From assembly GCF_000009045.1 (NCBI RefSeq), contig NC_000964.3:870001-902000 (forward strand): 32,000 bases of DNA, written 5' to 3'. Below the pieces are notes generated by a model, which worked only from the letters and a program-made list of their open reading frames with translations, was not told where the DNA came from and searched no databases. This document shows positions 28,010 through 32,000 of this stretch, piece by piece (the stretch's first letter is position 1; each line of letters begins with the position of its first letter). Position numbers and translations under genes: made by a program. Source of the DNA: Bacillus subtilis subsp. subtilis str. 168 (GTDB lineage Bacteria; Bacillota; Bacilli; Bacillales; Bacillaceae).

Positions 28010-28867
28010 ATGACCAGCATTCATGAGGATACACACATTGGCTATGCCAAACTCACAATTCGCAGTCTGGAGCGTTCGCTTCAGTTCTACTGTAACGTCA
28101 TCGGTTTTCAAGTCTTAAAAAAGACGGACCGCCAAGCGGAATTAACGGCTGACGGGAAACGCGTACTGCTTATTCTTGAAGAAAATCCGAGCGCTGTCGT
28201 CTTGCCTGAACGGTCTGTGACAGGCCTTTATCACTTTGCGATTCTTCTTCCGGACAGGAAAGAACTTGGGATCGCGCTCGCCCGCCTGATTGAACACGGC
28301 ATTGCTATCGGACATGGAGACCATGCTGTCAGCGAAGCGCTCTACCTGTCTGATCCTGACGGAAACGGCATTGAAATGTACGCTGACCGCCCCCGCAGCA
28401 CGTGGCAGCGTGATCGGGAAGGAAACTACGTCATGACGACAACCGCTGTTGACATTGAGGGCCTTCTGGAAGAGGCAGGAGATGAGCGGAAAACATCGCT
28501 TCCGAACGATACAATCATCGGACACATTCATCTGCATGTCAGTGATTTGAAAGAAGCAAAGGCGTTTTATACAGATGTACTGGGCTTTGACATTGTCGGA
28601 AACTATGCGGGCATGTCCGCCCTCTTCGTTTCAGCCGGGGGGTACCACCATCATATCGGCTTAAACATTTGGGCGGGAAGAAATGCGCCGCCTAAACCGA
28701 CAAATGCCAGCGGACTAGATTATTATACTGTTGTCCTGCCCCACCAAGAGGAGCTGGATTTGGTGGCAAACCGAGTCAAACATGCCGGGTATTCGATTGA
28801 AGAGACGGAAAACAGCTTTCGTGTGAAAGACCCTGTTTCCGGCGCCTATATTACATTTGTGATTTAA
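28010..28867 (+). CDS. catE: Catechol-2,3-dioxygenase (VOC family)
   Basis: Two VOC modules with metal-ligand motifs (YHFAILLPDRKELG, DGNGIEMYADRP, HIHLHVSDLKEAKAFYTDVLGFDIVG). Confidence 0.92.
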   Translation: MTSIHEDTHIGYAKLTIRSLERSLQFYCNVIGFQVLKKTDRQAELTADGKRVLLILEENPSAVVLPERSVTGLYHFAILLPDRKELGIALARLIEHGIAIGHGDHAVSEALYLSDPDGNGIEMYADRPRSTWQRDREGNYVMTTTAVDIEGLLEEAGDERKTSLPNDTIIGHIHLHVSDLKEAKAFYTDVLGFDIVGNYAGMSALFVSAGGYHHHIGLNIWAGRNAPPKPTNASGLDYYTVVLPHQEELDLVANRVKHAGYSIEETENSFRVKDPVSGAYITFVI

Positions 28868-28871
28868 CTGC

Positions 28872-28905
28872 AATCCCCTTGCCGAAATAACGGCAGGGGG
28901 ATTTT
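28872..28905 (+). terminator. Intrinsic terminator downstream of catE
   Basis: aatccccttgccg-aaataa-cggcaggggatt followed by tttt. Confidence 0.9.
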
Positions 28906-28960
28906 TTATTTTTGTCCGCCTTGTTATGATGAGAGAACCAACTTGTTAGGAGGCGTTTAC

Positions 28961-29905
28961 ATGGAACTCAACCACCTTGTGACGGGCAAAATAGCATTAA
29001 ATCAATATGTGCATCGCTTAGAGCAAAAGGATGTTTCATTTTACGTCCACTACTGGGGAGCGATGACGAACCACTATAACACACTGCTTCATAAGCATTC
29101 CTTTTATGAAATTTGTTACGTGGTAAGAGGTGAAGGATATTACCTTGAAGGCGATCGTACATATCCGCTTCGTGAACAGACGATTTTTTTGTCAAAGCCG
29201 GAGCATTTGCACCAAATCAAAAGTGAAACAGGGCTGTTCCTTTTTTACGTCGCTTTCGAGCTGAGCGAGGATCAGTCAAGCGCCGAATGGATCAAAGTGA
29301 TGGAAGAAGTGAAACAAAGCCCCTTTATCACAATGCAATTGAAAGATGGCGAACCGCCGGGCCTGCTTTGGAAAACGTTAATGCTGCAAGCAGCGCAACC
29401 TGTCAATGCTTTTGACAAAGAGATCCTATCTCATTTGTCGCATGCATTGATCCTGTCATTAATCCAAACCTTTCTCCCGTACGCCCAACGCCCGAAACAA
29501 AAGCAGCCCATTCACACATCTTCTGCTTTGCTGACAGAGGTGAAACTGCACATAAAAGACAATCTGTCACAGCCGTTAAAGCTGACGGATGTCGCTAGCC
29601 ACTTTCATATCTCAGGGAGGCATTTATCACGTTTATTTGCAGCAGAACTGGGCGTCAGCTACTCAGAATTTGTCCAAAATGAAAAAATAAACAAAGCTGC
29701 CGAACTGCTGAAATCAACGAATTTGTCGATTAAAGAAATAGCGGAAGAAATCGGTTTCTCAGTACATTATTTCACTCGCGTCTTTTCCGCTAAAATCGGC
29801 AGCTCTCCAGGGCTTTTCCGCTCCCTTTATAAAGACTCAAAAATGACCGCATTTCAAATCAATAAACCTTTTCAAAAAATCGAACAGGCCAAGCCGCACG
29901 AATAA
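28961..29905 (+). CDS. yfiF: AraC/XylS-family transcriptional regulator
   Basis: N-terminal cupin and C-terminal double HTH (LKLTDVASHFHISGRHLSRLFAAELGVSYSEFVQ; IKEIAEEIGFSVHYFTRVFSAKIGSSPGLFR). ATG at 28961 with taggaggc SD. Confidence 0.92.
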   Translation: MELNHLVTGKIALNQYVHRLEQKDVSFYVHYWGAMTNHYNTLLHKHSFYEICYVVRGEGYYLEGDRTYPLREQTIFLSKPEHLHQIKSETGLFLFYVAFELSEDQSSAEWIKVMEEVKQSPFITMQLKDGEPPGLLWKTLMLQAAQPVNAFDKEILSHLSHALILSLIQTFLPYAQRPKQKQPIHTSSALLTEVKLHIKDNLSQPLKLTDVASHFHISGRHLSRLFAAELGVSYSEFVQNEKINKAAELLKSTNLSIKEIAEEIGFSVHYFTRVFSAKIGSSPGLFRSLYKDSKMTAFQINKPFQKIEQAKPHE

Positions 29906-29979
29906 GATGTCCTGAAATGACAAAACAATGTCTTCATATGATAAAGACGCGAGAAATCTCGTTGTCTTATAATCTTTTT

Positions 29980-29993
29980 AGAAAGCGGTTACA
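29980..29993 (+). promoter_or_regulatory. Candidate cre site upstream of yfiG
   Basis: AGAAAGCGGTTACA matches 13/14 of TGWAANCGNTNWCA. Confidence 0.7.
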
Positions 29994-30079
29994 ACAAGGG
30001 GTATTGCTGAAGGAGGGATGCATTGGCTTATGCTTGGTGTCGGGTGCTCTGCCATTCTTGAAAGAAGGGGAAGAAAGCC

Positions 30080-31528
30080 GTGAGTACAAAAAAGAAAGAG
30101 GCTGTAATAGGAAAAGAAAGCTTAGCTCATAAAGGGCTTTTACGAACGATTACATTGGTATCTACATTCGGCGGCCTGTTGTTCGGTTATGATACGGGTG
30201 TCATTAATGGGGCACTTCCTTTTATGGCAACTGCAGGTCAGCTGAATCTTACACCTGTTACAGAAGGACTGGTTGCGAGTTCCCTGCTTCTCGGGGCAGC
30301 CTTCGGGGCGATGTTTGGAGGACGTCTGTCCGATCGGCACGGCCGCCGAAAAACGATCCTTTATTTAGCCTTACTCTTCATCGCAGCCACACTTGGCTGT
30401 ACCTTTTCACCAAACGCGTCCGTGATGATTGCCTTTCGTTTTCTGCTTGGACTGGCGGTTGGCTGCGCTTCTGTAACGGTTCCAACCTTTTTAGCGGAAA
30501 TTTCGCCGGCAGAACGCAGGGGACGAATCGTGACACAAAATGAACTGATGATCGTAATTGGCCAGCTTCTGGCATACACCTTTAACGCCATTATTGGCAG
30601 CACAATGGGGGAGAGCGCAAATGTATGGCGGTATATGCTGGTCATCGCGACACTTCCGGCTGTTGTGTTATGGTTCGGAATGCTCATCGTGCCTGAAAGC
30701 CCGCGCTGGCTGGCAGCTAAAGGCAGAATGGGTGACGCCCTGCGGGTGCTTCGGCAAATCCGTGAAGACAGTCAGGCACAGCAGGAAATAAAAGAAATCA
30801 AACATGCGATTGAGGGCACAGCAAAAAAGGCCGGCTTTCATGATTTTCAAGAGCCGTGGATAAGGCGCATTCTATTCATTGGGATTGGAATCGCCATCGT
30901 ACAGCAAATTACCGGTGTCAATTCGATTATGTACTATGGGACAGAAATTCTGAGAGAAGCCGGTTTTCAAACAGAAGCTGCATTAATCGGCAATATTGCA
31001 AACGGTGTTATTTCAGTTATTGCGGTCATTTTTGGGATATGGCTTCTCGGCAAAGTCCGTCGCCGGCCCATGCTGATCATCGGACAGATTGGCACGATGA
31101 CAGCCCTTCTGCTGATCGGGATTTTATCCATTGTCCTTGAAGGAACACCCGCCCTGCCGTATGTTGTGCTGAGTTTGACCATTTTGTTTCTTGCGTTTCA
31201 GCAGACTGCCATTTCTACGGTGACGTGGCTGATGCTCTCGGAAATCTTTCCTATGCATGTGCGGGGGCTTGGCATGGGGATCAGCACCTTCTGCTTGTGG
31301 ACAGCTAACTTTCTCATTGGATTCACCTTTCCCATTTTGCTCAATCATATTGGGATGTCGGCGACATTTTTTATCTTTGTCGCTATGAATATCCTAGCGA
31401 TTCTATTTGTGAAAAAATATGTGCCTGAGACAAAAGGGCGGTCACTTGAACAGCTTGAGCATTCCTTTCGCCAGTATGGCCGCCGCGCTGATCAGGAAAT
31501 CCAAAATCAAACAACTCACTTATCGTAA
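30080..31528 (+). CDS. yfiG: MFS sugar/inositol-type transporter
   Basis: [42 protein letters not shown] and [11 protein letters not shown] sugar porter motifs; GTG start. Confidence 0.92.
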   Translation: MSTKKKEAVIGKESLAHKGLLRTITLVSTFGGLLFGYDTGVINGALPFMATAGQLNLTPVTEGLVASSLLLGAAFGAMFGGRLSDRHGRRKTILYLALLFIAATLGCTFSPNASVMIAFRFLLGLAVGCASVTVPTFLAEISPAERRGRIVTQNELMIVIGQLLAYTFNAIIGSTMGESANVWRYMLVIATLPAVVLWFGMLIVPESPRWLAAKGRMGDALRVLRQIREDSQAQQEIKEIKHAIEGTAKKAGFHDFQEPWIRRILFIGIGIAIVQQITGVNSIMYYGTEILREAGFQTEAALIGNIANGVISVIAVIFGIWLLGKVRRRPMLIIGQIGTMTALLLIGILSIVLEGTPALPYVVLSLTILFLAFQQTAISTVTWLMLSEIFPMHVRGLGMGISTFCLWTANFLIGFTFPILLNHIGMSATFFIFVAMNILAILFVKKYVPETKGRSLEQLEHSFRQYGRRADQEIQNQTTHLS

Positions 31529-31554
31529 CCTGAGATACCAGGAGGAATCTATCA

Positions 31555-32000
31555 ATGAAACTATCTTATGTAACAGACAGCCTAGGGCATTTGCCTTTTG
31601 AAGACATGCTCAATTTTGCCGCAAAGCTTGGGATCGATACACTTGAAATGACAACCGGGGGCTGGTCGCCGGCACCTCACTTGAATCTTGATGAATTGCT
31701 GCAAAGCAGCGAAAAAAGAAAAGAATTTTCACAAGCGCTGGAAAAGCGGAACATGACACTTTGCGCATTAAACTGCTCGGGGAACCCTTTAGATCCGGGT
31801 GAATTGGGCAAATCGCACAGAGACATAACTGACAAAACGATGGAGCTGGCTGGATTATTAGGCGTCAAAAAAGTGATCATGATGAGCGGTTTGCCAGCCG
31901 GCGGCCCGGACGACAAAGTGCCGAACTGGATCACATACACAGTAAGCTGGCCTCCCGTTTTAAAAGATATCCTCAACTATCAATGGGAAGACGTTGCGAT
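31555..32000 (+). CDS. yfiH: Sugar phosphate isomerase/epimerase family (TIM barrel), truncated by window end
   Basis: ATG after ccaggagg. MKLSYVTDSLGHLPFEDMLNFAAKLGIDTLEMTTGGW...; frame open to the window edge. Confidence 0.85.
   Translation, partial: MKLSYVTDSLGHLPFEDMLNFAAKLGIDTLEMTTGGWSPAPHLNLDELLQSSEKRKEFSQALEKRNMTLCALNCSGNPLDPGELGKSHRDITDKTMELAGLLGVKKVIMMSGLPAGGPDDKVPNWITYTVSWPPVLKDILNYQWEDVA

Noticed and set aside
29917-30132. 71-aa ORF between yfiF and yfiG
   Set aside because: Crosses the palindrome, the -10 and the cre, has no SD, and is out of frame with yfiG; treated as non-coding regulatory DNA.

Overview
This 32 kb window looks like a Bacillus subtilis-group chromosome segment that is largely collinear with the yfj/aco/mal/yfi region; this attribution is from recalled protein families and gene order, with no database search. 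In order it holds: the 3' end of a polysaccharide deacetylase (pdaA/yfjS-like); yfjR and yfjQ (CorA-like) on the minus strand; yfjP (AlkA-like glycosylase); yfjO (RNA m5U methyltransferase family); a 1.6 kb AT-rich interval with a small YfzA-like ORF; a tRNA-dihydrouridine synthase; yfjM; yfjL; the acetoin dehydrogenase operon acoABCL behind a clear sigma-54 promoter; its enhancer-binding activator acoR; sspH; a minus-strand yfjA-F locus resembling a type VII secretion (WXG100/LXG-type) effector module; the maltose operon malA-malR-malP; a heterodimeric ABC exporter (yfiB/yfiC); catDE with two TTAC-N5-GTAA inverted repeats at the promoter; yfiF (AraC family); yfiG (MFS sugar transporter); and the start of yfiH. 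No rRNA, tRNA, CRISPR array or intact mobile element was seen. The best candidate for an under-described system is yfjA-F: a small helical partner, a WXG100-like protein with a C-terminal glycine-zipper segment, a coupled partner protein, and two tandem paralogous 2-TM proteins whose C-terminal coding DNA is nearly identical.
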